A stretch of 64,000 bases of DNA from Marsupella aquatica (Eukaryota; Plantae; Marchantiophyta). Shown one piece after another: positions 41,599-54,633 of this stretch. The DNA is taken from NCBI GenBank assembly GCA_973895155.1, contig OZ316897.1, positions 5,411,976 through 5,475,975 of the forward strand, read 5' to 3'. Both the position numbers and the translations under genes were made by a program. The first letter of the stretch is position 1; every line of letters starts with the position of its first letter. Under the pieces are notes generated by a model that did no database searches, was not told the origin of the DNA, and saw only the letters and a list, made by a program, of their open reading frames with translations.

Positions 41599-43783
41599 GA
41601 GGCTTTTCACGGTGATAGCAAACAGGAAACAGCAAACAGCAAACAGCAAACAGCAAACAGCAAATAGTAAAGCTCATAACAACAAATGTCTGCACCAAAA
41701 ACATCTTCCCTAATCCTACATCTCTCGCAAAATGAAATTGAAACCTCTAAAATCCGTTATTTAGAAACACATTGCAATACTAGCGCCCAACGCTACAGTC
41801 TTGAAACAGTCCAGAATACCGAAACCTCATTCAAAAATCTATATGCAAAAGTATGCCTAAAAACAAATGTATACTAGCGCCTGTCGCTAGTATACAAACC
41901 TCAATAATAGACCTAAAAAACAGAGATCAATTAAAGACCATCAGATGCCAATTGATGAAAAATTGGGAAGGGGGCAGTCACATTCTAATATCACTAAATT
42001 ATAATACATCCCAAGTTAAGATTGTCCTCTTCACAGAGGAAAGTATAATCAAAAAACAATCTGGATAGTCCGTCTCACTTTATAAACACCCATCAATATT
42101 ACATGTGTTCACAATAGCGCCAAGCGCTATTTTGTAAAGTAGCCTATATCTCTATCCCAAAACTATTGTTTTTAAGTCTGGCTAGCCATCAGATTCTGAA
42201 TCAGTTGTATCTAGTTCTGATTCTTCTTCACTACTTTGTGATCTATCAGTAGACTCAGCTTCGTCGTCTACATACTCGCTTGGGATGATGTCATCGACGT
42301 AGCGGTTCCTCATAAACTTCCTATCCGAGCCCCTTTTGAGCCTCAGGCCTTTGCTTTCCCAAGTCAACATTCTCACAGAATCTTCTTTTCGAGCTGCCTT
42401 TTCCACATAGGAAGGCAAGACAAACGGCTTCTCTGGGGTTTCTATTGCATTCCTAGCGACTTTCCTCCGTAGTTGAAAGAGCTTTCGAAGATTCCACTCA
42501 AACCTGGAAAGTTGAATCCGATATCTTTAGTCGGATCCGGGAAAATGGTGGAATTTTGGAGACACTAACGTCACCGTTAAAAAGAAAATAAAGATAGGGA
42601 AGCTGAAGATCATTACTCAGAAGACTCTTCACTATCCTCAGATTCAGAAGACCCAAGGTTCACCACTTTCTTGGAGGCACCATCATCTTTGGACAGTTGA
42701 GTACCATCGCCTCCATCATTGTCCTCATCAGAATCAAAATTAAGAACAACACGGAGTTTGTCTTGCTTCTTACTCCCCACCTGCCGGTGCGGAGGCGTGG
42801 ATGTGGAGGCCTCTTTGTTCTCGAGAAGTCCAAAGAAAAATTTTGTGGTAGTGTCAAGAAACTCTTTATGATTTTCAATCCGACTACAAACCTCCAACAA
42901 TGATCTCCAGCAACAAATGTACTTTCGGCCCCAACAGTCCAATCCATGACAATATCCCCAGGGAGGGTAATTAATTCTAAAACTGACTGCATGAAACCCA
43001 CAGGCAGCCTTGAATTCCCAGCAAACGCAAGCTCCGGCACAGGATCATTTTTTGGCACGGGAAAACCAATGAGATTGGTTATCGAAGGATCCTCTATATG
43101 TGAAAGAGGCCAAAATTTGGGATCCTTCGGGACCCTACCTTTGGATGAAACACGCCCAAAAATATTGAGGGTGAGCATAAAAATCTGCACATTGAATAAC
43201 GTTTTGTTCAGAATAAACATTAGATACAACGTTGAGAATACAAAAACCTTGCATGAAGAGGATATGCCACACTAGCGCCTAGCGCTAGCGTCATCGTCAA
43301 ATGTCCAAAGGAGGACACAAAACAGAAACTCTGGAATAGCGCCAGGCGCCATTATACATACCTGCATATCCGAGTGAGGCCTGTACATTGGAGTGCCCAT
43401 GACAACATTGTGTGTCGAGATACACTGAAATTTCTGTGAATCTTGACAAGTTGCAATGACTTCAGAAACTTGGTCGTAGTCTTGGCTTTCGGCTCCGATC
43501 AACATGCACGACAACTATCTCGCATTTCTTCTGCAGCTTAGTTGTCAAAGTGTCCACTTCAATCGCAAGACCCTGCTTCATCTTTGATACATACCTTGTA
43601 GGGATTTGCGACTTTTGCAACTTCATGAAAACGTCTTTCTCCACCTCATCAAAAGGCAGATCCTATTTTGTCAATGTCTAGATACCATGGGCAGTGGAGT
43701 CTCTCCCACTCTGACAAGGCGCGAGGTGGAAACTTTCCCTCGGCTGGGTACATCGAATACAGATCAACAAGGTGGTCACCATC

Positions 43784-46700
43784 TGTCAAACACTTGTCAA
43801 GGAGCTTAAGCGGCTTTTCTCCCCAAAAGACTACCTAATACCTGCTCAATATCATACCAGGGTCACAAAGGATTGACAAAACTTCTGAAATGTGCCTACA
43901 ATGACTAATCACTCCATACATAAGTAGTTTCAACTCTCCACTTCTAGAGAGGTAGTCCCCTTGACTACTATTGTACTCACACCCTTCCCCTCTCCTCTAC
44001 TCCAAAGGACAACAGCAAGGGGGATCTCCGCTCCAAGCTGTCACCTTAGAGTAGATTCTCACACAAACACCCAAGAACCCAAAGTACTTTTCTCTTCTAG
44101 CTTAAGTCTCCTTAAGACCCTCAAAGTAGTGTTACCCCTCAACCTTGCCCCTTGGCCTTGGTTTGGGTCCACACATCCCCTTTGAGCTCTAGAGAAGGCG
44201 CCTCTTGTTCTTACTTTTTGTTAACACCACACACAAAGCAAAGTACTTTCCACCCTCAAGCTATAATCCTCTCTAAGTCTCAAAGTAGTGCTATACCTTA
44301 ACCTTGCCTCCTTGGCCTTGGTTTTGTACTAGCACATCCCCTTTGAGCTTAGACCAAGATTACATCATAGCATGGACTCTTTTCTTGCTCTCATATGCTT
44401 CAAATGCACTCACACTTAATGGTCACAATGAAGATTGGCAAGTCTCCTTTTATTGCATCACCTTTACAACAAAAGTTCACTACACATTCTCCACACTAAG
44501 CATGGACCACCTCTCCCTTCTCAAGCTTAGCCCTACCTTAGCAAGGTAGAGATTCCACTTAATAGATGAGACTCCCGGTCCCTAACAAAGGAAAACTTTC
44601 TCCTTATATACTATTCTCCTTCCACACCACACCAAGCTTGACCTGGGGTCCAACTACTCCTCCCTCAAGTTCTCCTAACACACATAGCCCACTCTACGAC
44701 CTGCTGTTTGACTCCTTCCAAGCCCTGGAATATGCCACACATGAGTGGCATGCTTTGACCTCCAAACCTGCTGTCAATTATGTCCTCCTCACCAGCTTTC
44801 CAACCCACTTGAAAGCTTGCAAAAAGAGTGAGTGAGTCTCAAGTTATGTCATGTCAAAGTTGGCTCCTTATTTACTAGTCCTTACTTACTACCCCGACCT
44901 ATCAACTTACTTTCCTTACCCTAATGGCCTTGCACCTTTACCCTGAGGTACTCTCTTCTCCATGTATCCTAACTTGGGTGACACGGGTGCAAGAAGTGTC
45001 GGCCTAAAAACCTGGTCTTACTTCCCCCATGCCGACTCCCGTTTGCAAGCTATGGGGACCCCCTCGTGGCCTCCGCTAAAAATATATTTGAGTGATTATT
45101 TTTCTGGGTTTCCACCTTCACCAAGGGGTGCCTTACCTTCCCCTAACTCAGCACAAAAAAATTGGGCCCCAACGGATACCCCCAGCCAAAGTTATGCCCA
45201 TTCTCCCAAGGCCTGTTTTTGGTATAAAGCGGGTGTAAGCGGCGACCCGATTACACTTGAACCTTACACGCCCCTTATGGGGATTCCACGTGTCATGAGG
45301 GGAGAGTACTCTCATTATACTCACGTTCTTATGAAGAACATTGATAATGACACCAATTTTTTGCAGCATTTTCCTCTCTCTTGAATTCAATCTGAAACGG
45401 CAACATTCTCTATTGGATCGAATGACAGCAGGTCAATTGATAGCTCAGCCAGGTCTACAGCACCCTTCTCAGTCCACCTCCATAGCCATCCAGCCTTGCA
45501 AGTGATTCAAAATTGCAGCAGAATTTTGCAGCAACCATAGCCCACCAATTCGCAGCTTGCAGCACAACAGCACAGCAGCAGATTCGAAGCATAGCAGCTG
45601 ATTCGAAGCACAGCAGCAGCAGCCATAGCTTGATTCCTTCTCAACAACTAGCTCTATTCCAATCACTTAGCCAGGCAGGTCTCTCTTCTCAATTTTGTAG
45701 CTGCCCACCTCTGCAATTTCGCAGCTAGTAGCAACATCCATCAATTCAGCAGCATCAAGACAGCAGCCAGCCAATTCTCGTGAGCATCTCATGCCTGATT
45801 AATAGCAGCACCTCTAATCTATTGTGCCGCTGCCATAGCAGCAAGCAACCTTCCCAATTCAAAGCCAGCCTCCCTATTCCAATCAGCAGCCATAGCTCAC
45901 AATTCAATTTCACAGTAGCAGTTGGGTCAAGTCCTTCTCAGCAGCAGCTAGCTTAATTCAATCCCGCACCTGCCTATTCAGATCAAGAGTAGCCTATTTT
46001 GATGAGCACCAGCCCTTCAATTAGCCCACCTTGTGCCTTCCTGCCCATGTCGTGTTTGCCTGACCTCGTGCTAGTCTAGTCACAGCCGCGTCGACGCGTT
46101 TGACACTTAGAAAAATTTCGTTTTCCTCTCAGGAGAAACAGTTATACTGGCCCTTCTTGAAGGCCATGCCATAATTCACTCAAATGTCCAAACGTACTTC
46201 TGAGCACATTTCTGTAATCCTTGGACATAGGACTCACTCCTAAATTTATCAAACTCTCTAAACACTACATAACGACTTTTCTAAAAATACATAAGTTTGA
46301 CCATATCTATTAAAGCGCATTACTATTCCCAATCTTTGAGGTGTTCCCAAAAAGTAACAAAAGGTGACAAATTATTTTTGAGACAATCCAGGGATATTAT
46401 GGTCTATAATAAACTCAATTCTAACCTCGAATCCACAAAATTTACCCCTTGGCTATTTTCTCCGGGGCCCGCTAGTTGGTTATTTTAATTTCTGTCAAAA
46501 TACTCACAACTCCTAGGTTGAGACCCCACTTGACTTCATACTTTTTCAGGGTTCCCTAGGGACCTCCCAGCACCTATGGGAGAAATATCAGCCAAAAATA
46601 AGATGTCAGGTGTCAGGGCATTTTCCGGTCCCGACTTAGTCGCCTATCCTAACTAAGGGTGGAACATTTGCTGCCTACCAAAATCACATTACTTATCCCT

Positions 46701-46884
46701 TTACATTTGCTTAGAACAACACATTTTATCCCTTCCATGATTTCCTACTAGCCTTCCCTAGTGACTTAGGGTTGCAAACCCTAAGTACTTTGCTAACACT
46801 ACAACAACTTTCTTACTATTCCTTGTACAAACAAACAAAAAAATTGACAAGTTCCTTACATACCCTATATTGAGCCGGTCCACA
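43784..46884. mobile_element. Solo LTR (3101 bp) inserted in copy B
   Basis: TGTCA...CCACA termini with TSD CCATC (43779-43783 and 46885-46889). Internal duplication at ~44080-44355 and a CAG-rich tract at 45500-45960. Confidence 0.85.
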
Positions 46885-49365
46885 CCATCTTTGATCATCA
46901 CCCACTTTTGAAATGCACCAAGGTAAGCCCACAAAACCTCAGGAGATCGCAACTCCATCCACATATAGAAACGTCCGGTAAACGTATCGTTTGGCTCGTT
47001 TCCAGTTCCGCTCAGTGTAGTCCTCCTTGTCTGCATACTTTGATGGCCATATTAAGTTGAAAAATTTAGCCTTGACAAGGTCTCCAAATGATTTGAATTC
47101 TTCAATAATGGACTTCATGAGAAAATCCAGGGACTCACAACCAGACTTGACTAGACGATCATCTGGCATGCAATCCAAAACCTGCTCAAGCAAGGTGAGG
47201 ATCAATCCAGTAGCAACTTTCTCCATTGAATTCCAGATATGCCAGGTATGGCACCATTGTTTTACTGGATCGTCGTTCACACTAGCCGGATGAAAGAACT
47301 GTTTCCGAATCTCTGGAGTACAATGGGCGACGAGAAGTGTACACCTTAACTTTGGATCCAAATAAGTCACTGCAATAAACAGGCAAGCGCGATCCATAGT
47401 GCAAACAACTGTATCGGGTTTCTTTTCTCTTTTGTTCTTCTCTGTCACGGGAAACATTTCCGCACATGTGGCCAAGTAGTGATCTTTGTTAAGTCTTTGA
47501 TAGCCCAATCTTTTGTCGCTTCCTTCATCATAGCTTCATGCCTCTTCTGCGTCTCCTCTTTGAACCAAGGAGTCCCCTAGGCTGCTGCAAAATCCATGTC
47601 CACTTTGAACTGGTTTGTTTAATCTTGTTCTCACACAAAATGTAGATGAGCGCGTCTTGTGGCATCTTGTGTGTATACCAAGAACCCTTGCGAGTCTTCT
47701 TTCAAATGGCTTCAAACTTTGCATAAGTCGTAGCATCAATGAGGGGTTTGTAGGGCTCTAGGTCGCGGGATAAAAGACGAGAGATTCTGTCAGCATCAAG
47801 AATCCAAGACGGCTCGGCCATAGCTTGTCCCAACCTATGTCAAAACTTAAATGGAAATTAGCAGCGCCGGGCGCTAGTAAAACACCAAAGATAATATCAC
47901 ATCAAAAGTCCATCTTGAACTAGTACATCATATTAAATGAGGTTGTCCAGAGGAATGACTTATTGGTTGACAGCATGCATGGCAGCCTTGAGCTCCATGA
48001 GGGAACCTTTATCTCCATTGAAAACAATGCAAGTCACACGAGGGTGGTACTTAATGTTGTCCGGATGCTCTGTTGTCACAATTGACCATGAATACAAACG
48101 ATGATTTCCATCAAAGACACAAAATATCTTGTCCTTCAAAACTCTGAAATCAGGATCAGCGTCACACTCTTCCTTAAACTTGTCATTCACGGCAACCCAG
48201 ATTGGGTCCCAAGAGGCTCTAATCTCATTAGTGCAAATCTGTGGAACCCCATCCGCATTCGTTGGCTGTACGTAAAATGGCATGCCCATGTGCAAATTGT
48301 ATCCAAAAATCCGGAATGACTCCTTCAATTTGTCAATGGAGGCGCTCTACTTCTGCAACGTCCGCACCACTTCCATATGAATCAATCAACACAGAGGAAT
48401 TTGTGGAGGCTCCTTCTCCAATCCTCTAAAATCTTTGCCAAAGGACAAGACATGCTTGGATATGTAATCGTCCATTGAAAGTCCAACAACACCGAAATCA
48501 ACCCGTGCAACTTTCTGAGTCGTGTCCATTCTTCCCCTTCTTGATCGCGCGGTTGGAAGAGTTGAGCCAATGTCTGAATGTGAATGAGATGCAGCAGACT
48601 GAGTCACGCAATGGGTGTACACAAAACCTGAAAAAGAGGATTGTGAGGACTCAGAATGACCAGCATGACTATCTCCCATCCTCGTATTACCCCACTGAGA
48701 GATGGCAATGGCGTTGAGCAGAACGTCGGACAATATCGTACAACTCTGCCAGAGCCCCTGAGCCAGTACAAAGTAACAGACTCAGGAACAGAATGTCACG
48801 TTCGAACAGGCTGCTCCTAGAGAATCACGTATCTCCCACGAGCGCCAAGTCCCCATAGAAGGTTAAGAGATGGAGTCTCTAGCACATTAGAGTGCTGCTC
48901 AATGGTAACACCAACAGATCCGAACACTTGGAAGATTACCATTGGACCAGCAACCATCTTATGTGACCAGCAAACTCAATGTTATGCGTGACCAGCAATC
49001 CTCAATGTTACCGTTAAAATATGACCGTTGATCGTTTGGCCTTATTGATAGCGCCAAGCGCTAGCAAAAATAACTCAATATTACCCAATTTAAACTACTA
49101 ATTTCAGTAGCGCTGAGCGCTAACAAATCGTCCACATATGTGTTTTTACACAATTCCAATGGAATTCCAACATTGATGGACAAAATGGACCTTTTTTGAC
49201 CGATTAATCCATAAGTGTTTATTAGCGCTCGGCGCTATCATAAATCACATCCGATTCGATGCTACTCATCACGAGAGCGTAATACAAACTCATCCATATC
49301 CACAAATATTTTTCAGAATTCCATTGGTATCAGAACTATAATTTTGAGCATTCCAATGATAGCGC

Positions 49366-50633
49366 TATCCTAGGAATAGTGAGCTCTCAAGAACTTGAGA
49401 GCCTTATCCCCTCCCGGCCATTTCTCAAGTTCCTTAGGTTTCCCTGTGCCTCTTGCGGTTTTCTCTAGATAAACTGGGTGAGAAGGGCGTACCCTTTTTT
49501 GCAAGGACTCCTAAGCACTTTTGGTACCAAGAGATATGTGTGATCTACTCCAGATAATGGCAATAACACCAGAGTAGTCAGGGCGAGGCCCACACTCCAC
49601 AAATCTCTCCTCCAAGTGATAATCTTCTCTACTTGCTTCTATCAACTATCGGCTATGATCTCTCTTCTATTACACTATTATGAACACACTCACATCCCCA
49701 TCTGTGCATCTATATAGTATTAATGGATCCGACGATGCGATAATTGTAGTGTATCCTTCTTCCCCAAACTTCTGTGTAAGAACCTGCCTGATATCTACCT
49801 TCCTCTTTACTATCAACTTAATGCTTACCGTAGAACGCAAATTCAGAATCTGCAGACTCTCATTCAAATCAATATTGATATTCATACTTCCTATTATGCT
49901 TACTAACTAAGAGAGGTTCAGCGGCAGAGCCGTGCCTACTTGATCACAGGTTTGTGGACATTATATCTATGGTATTGGCGGCATAGCCAACCTTGCCAGA
50001 TTCAAAGCTCCATCTTCAAGGTACTCGAGTGGTGGCAGTGCCTTCCATGACCAAGAATCAAGAAACTTAGAACCCTTCCACCATAGAAACCGACGGCATA
50101 GTCATTCTGTTAGTCCTAGAACCAATGTTCAAGCATTCCTCCAATGCAAATGCACACAATATGCACTCTATGCACTCTCTATCCTCACACTCATACACTT
50201 GAAATGCTGGAAAATTGACTCCTCTGGGAGGGCGAGCCTCCCTCTTATTTATAGTTGGAGCCAAGCCACGCTGGTCCCTTTACAAGAGTATCCTAGAAGA
50301 TACTAAAATTTACTAGAACTTATTAGAAGTTACTAGATTTTACTTTTTTACCACTGTAAATTCTAGAAGTTACTGGAATTTATCTTTTTACTATGGTAAA
50401 TACTAGAAATTACTATTTACTATGGTAGATTCTAGAAGTTACTGGAATTTACCTTTTTACTATGGTAAATTCTAGAAGTTGCTATTTACTATGATAAAAA
50501 TCTTTGAAAATTATCAAGACTTATAATTTTACTTGGTAAAACCCAAAATCTACTTTTTACCATAAATACCTCTACTTTTATATTTTCACACAAAACCAAG
50601 CTATTCTCCACATGATCTAATTTCCTTACGACG
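49366..50633 (-). mobile_element. Probable solo LTR (~1.27 kb) with mutated ends, inserted within a palindrome
   Basis: Flanks TAGCGC | GCGCTGAGCGCTA. Ends TATCCTAGGAA / TTCCTTACGAC are imperfect inverted repeats. Minus-strand CTATAAATAAGAG at ~50250. AT-rich CTAGAAGTTACT repeats at 50290-50490. Confidence 0.6.
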
Positions 50634-50947
50634 GCGCTGAGCGCTAATATGGAACATGTCACGGGTAAGACCCTCCACCAGAAACTACAAGCATTTTGAA
50701 GACTTTCAAATGACATTTGGTGCAAAGATTGACTCATATCCATAAGACTGAGCATTGAAAAACACAAACTGACTCATGCAAAATGGGTCAAGGGGATTCT
50801 AAGAGTTTTGAACTGCATTTACAGGCATCGGATTTACTTCACCAAGTCTAGAAACATCAAGTGTACACTTCAGGATTTAAAAAAAAACTGAGGAGTAACC
50901 TCCCACTAGATTCCGAGACTACCATGCTGGCAAAAGATTCATGGGGA

Positions 50948-52046
50948 ATTTTCTTTGTTTTATAAATAACACCACAAAAACCCCACGGCAGGGGGGAAGC
51001 CAATAGCACAGGCAACCACAACAAGCCACGGGGGAGCCCCCCAAAAGGCCAATACAACACCCAATGCCTAGAACCCACAAATAACATCAAGAGCACATCC
51101 AAGAGCCCAACAAGGGCAATCTAACACCAGAATCAATCAAGTCAGGGGAATCCACCCCACCCGACCAAAAAACATCTACCACATCACCCCCACCGCCGCC
51201 AGAGGCCACCCACCATCAAACTAGCCATTTCCTACCAGAAAAGTACCTCAGCCTTTTAAGAGCCCTCACAAGCAGCATATCTGCAAAGAGAGCCTAAAGC
51301 CCCAGTCCAGGGCGCATCACACCTATAGCTGTCTACCAAGCACATCAACCTAAGGTGAAAGAAGAAAAGTTTCCAGCACTGCTAATCAATGTCCTATGTC
51401 TTTCAATCTCAATAACTTCTTTAGCCCTTAAAAGCCTAGTGTGCTTCCGCCCCAAGGGAGCGCCCATGCTCGCACCTACTAGAAGAGAAGAAACCTCAGA
51501 AAGGACCATCCTCATGTCAAAGGACCTGCGGTCTAGTGCATTGAAAACCTGTTTGTTTCGTCCCAGCCACATCGACCACATAGCTTGATATAGCACAAAC
51601 ATCCTAACAGTCTGTATGACTCCCTTGCCCATAGCGCACTCCAAACGCTCCAGCAGGCTTTGATTAGTCCTGAATAGAGAGCCTAAACAGCATTCGCAAC
51701 ACATCTTCCAACACTCAACAGCATGTGGACAATTCACAAAGAGATGCAGTATGCTTTCCAACACCCCAAGGCAGAGCTTGCAAGCTCCCGTACAGGCCCC
51801 AATCAATAGAGCCCTAGCCCCGGTAAAGAGTCCCCCCGCAATAATCCGCCAGAGAAAGGTCTTAGCCCTGGTGGGGAGGTCCAAGATCCAAAGATCCCTC
51901 CAGCACTTGTTCCACTCCATTTCTGTTCTATCCGTGTGCCAGATCCTATTCCACCTTAAGTAATCAGTACCATGTGGTCTCAGCATCTGGTATACCCGGT
52001 GATCGGGGATCTTAAATGCATGCAGAGGGCCCTCCTGATCCATCCA
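50948..52046 (-). mobile_element. LINE (L1/Tx1-like) 3' fragment: ORF2 zinc-binding C-terminus, 3' UTR and degenerate A-tail
   Basis: ORF 51345-52043: W..LW...LP.RAKTFLWR...CKLC...ESILHLFVNC...W..W..RN..VFN (zf-RVT pattern). T-rich tract at 50949-50963. Confidence 0.85.
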
Positions 52047-52439
52047 TCTCCAACAACGTGCCCCTGGCTCAAGCTGAAGGGAGCAGCAACGTTGTCGTGC
52101 CGAAAGATTTTGGCTTAGGAATGGCTTTTATAGGGGATGATGGGCAAGGCCTCCCGGTTGGGTTGCGTGCATGCTGACTCAGAGGGGCTGCTTGGTTGGA
52201 TGGATTGAGGTTTGGTGATTGGGTGACTCGTCATCACCAGGCTTGGAGTTTGGATGAGCCTCGCTGCTGGCAGCTGGCTCAGGCTGGATGGTTGGGTTTC
52301 CGATGCTACTTAAGACTTGAGCCTTGGCTCATTGAGGTTGGCGGTTGTCTATTGAGATCTGTTGAGTTGCGTTTTGTGAGTTCCGCTCCGTTCTGTGGAA
52401 CTCGACTATTGTGCGGCGGTTTTGGAGTTTTGAGTGAGT

Positions 52440-52585
52440 TTTCGATCCAGGCGGAGAGTTTTCGATCCAGGCGGGGAATTTCTCAAGTCTGGAGTCTCGT
52501 TGATCCAGGCGGGGATTTCTCAAGTTTGGAGTCTTGTCAATCCAGGCAAGGATTTCTCGAGTTTGGAGCCTCGCTGGTCCAGGCC
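52440..52585 (+). repeat. Short tandem repeat, ~36-38-bp unit containing ATCCAGGC..GATTTCTC.AGT.TGGAG
   Basis: About 3 full and 2 partial units visible. Confidence 0.7.
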
Positions 52586-54213
52586 CGAGTTCCGTGCGAG
52601 CTGTTTTAGACTAGTGAAGTAGCTAGTCGAGTTTTTGGTTTTGTGAGCTAAGGAGGATAGTTTTTCTGTCAGATTTTGAGTAGTTAGTCACTCGAGGAGT
52701 TCTACCCGACAAGTTAGAGGTAGCGGCCCACCGTAGGGCCAGCTACCAGACTCTTGCGGGCAAGCTTACTTGAGGGCACCTATTGTAACCTTTGTGAGAA
52801 AAGTAAAAAAATATAAAGGAGTGAGAGTTCGCTCTGAAAAGTGCTTGTGAGGTTTTTCCCTATGACAGGAAACAGAAAATAGTAACAATCATAACAGGAA
52901 AAAGAGAGGAACAAAACAGGAGATTTGGTACTAGCATACACAAAAGATGACATAATTTTGGACAAAAAAGGAGGCCAATTTCAATAGGAACTCCAATATG
53001 TTTAGAGTTCTCTATAGCAATTATGGAAAGAAAAGTTTTACTAGCGCCGAGCGCTAACCAAGAGTTTGTTGCCGTTCAAAACAACATTAATAAAATGTCC
53101 ATTCAACGTATCGTCGAATGATCAGAATTCCTATTAACCATGCAGATTCTCCCTTCCTAAGATGAACTGGAGTTCTCCGACATTCACAATTGGCTGGCTC
53201 GGTAAGACCGAATACATCGGATCAAGCTTAAAGATCATTTTGTCACAGGGCTTTCCATCTGACAGAGACCCAATTCCAGTAACATGAAACAACCAATTTA
53301 AACAATAAAATAGCCACGCATAGTATTCGCAGCATATTTGGAGGACACTAGAAAAAAGAGAGATGAAAGAAACAATTGTATAGAGGTGGGTTTATATAAT
53401 TGTGGAGGAGAATAGAACATATAATAGTAGCGCCAGGCGCTAGCGACACGCGCTACTTGAAAAAGAAATTACATTGATATCCAGAAGATAATAAAAGTCC
53501 ATAACCTTTGAGAAAAAGAAATAACCCTAATAACATACTCAAAAAACCTAATGCGATAACAAAACGGAAGGAGCAATAAAGCTAACTCGGCCGAACCGGA
53601 GCCCCCATTCAAAAAGATGACATGAATCAAACTCATGAACGACTCCAACGATGAGATGAAAGCTAGCGCCAGGCGCTAGCGTCGAGAAGAAATCCACACT
53701 CTCTAGGAAGTAGAAGACAAGCAGTCGTCGTCCAACCCAACTTTGAACCTACCTCATCCTGTCGAAACCCATCCTCTCGATCCAGAAAAAAACAAGGTCC
53801 GGGATAGCGACTCCGACTTCGGTCGTTCGGGATGTTCGAATCGGAAAAGCTCACACGTCCGGTGTCTGCTTGGATGTCTCTGAAAAAAGCTGTCCTTTCC
53901 ACCCGATACACATTCGAAGGATCAGGGTCGTGAACAGAGAACCTCTCTTGGAAAGGAAGTGGAGGCGAAGGATCACGCGATGGAAGGTGTCCAGTTCTGT
54001 GGCTAATACCCTCATCCGCGGCCAGCCACAACCTATTCCTCTCGGTCGACGTCTCCGGGCACTATGTACAAGATGGAGTCAAATCTAAACCCGGATCTCT
54101 AATCGACCTCCAAACCATCGCCTTTGGCGGATTGCAGCTCTCCAATTTCGCTATTTGCTTTCCCTTATCCATTCAGTCGATGAAAACAACGGATGCAAAA
54201 CTCAGGGAGAAGA

Positions 54214-54325
54214 GAAGAGGTGAGTCCGGGCAGACCAGAAATGAAACAAAGGGAAGAGGTGAGTCTGGGCAGTGCACAAACGAAACGAAGCAAAGAGATG
54301 AGTTGGCGCGTCACAGAAATGAAAG
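54214..54325 (+). repeat. Three degenerate ~39-bp tandem units (GAAGAGGTGAGTC.GGGCAG..CA.AAA.GAAAC)
   Basis: Directly visible in the left arm of copy C. Confidence 0.6.
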
Positions 54326-54633
54326 GGAGAAATCCGTTTAGGGTTGAACAAACTCGAAGTTGACCAATCCCGAAGTTCAACAAACACTACACTTTGAGAG
54401 AGTCCAAACGATCATATCCACCACAAACCAAAATATGTACAGACTGAAGGTATAATTATTCACCGTATAACTGTACGAGTACATGCATTTCTGATATCTG
54501 CACAAATATGCACTCAGGAAAGAGACTCCCGGTGCGTCTAACTCATTTAAAGTCTCAGATCCGAACACCCTGTTTAATAGCGCCGGGCGCTAGTACAAGG
54601 TTCCAAAGAAAACCTTAGAAATTCCCAGTCAAC

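Larger units (their letters stand above)
41599..50860 (-). mobile_element. MULE-family copy B: cargo gene with an internal deletion near 43480, two nested solo LTRs, transposase side missing
   Basis: Left end GAGGCTTTTCACGGTGATAGCAAACAG plus (GCAAACA)n. MTase exon ITLPGDIVMDWTVGAEST (42660-43229). ParB exon VFDGNHRLYSW (47960-48328). About 10 palindromes. The right boundary is approximate. Confidence 0.8.

Noticed and set aside
45469-45960. CAG/GCA-rich short ORFs resembling polyQ genes
   Set aside because: Low-complexity LTR sequence with stops and no conserved domain.
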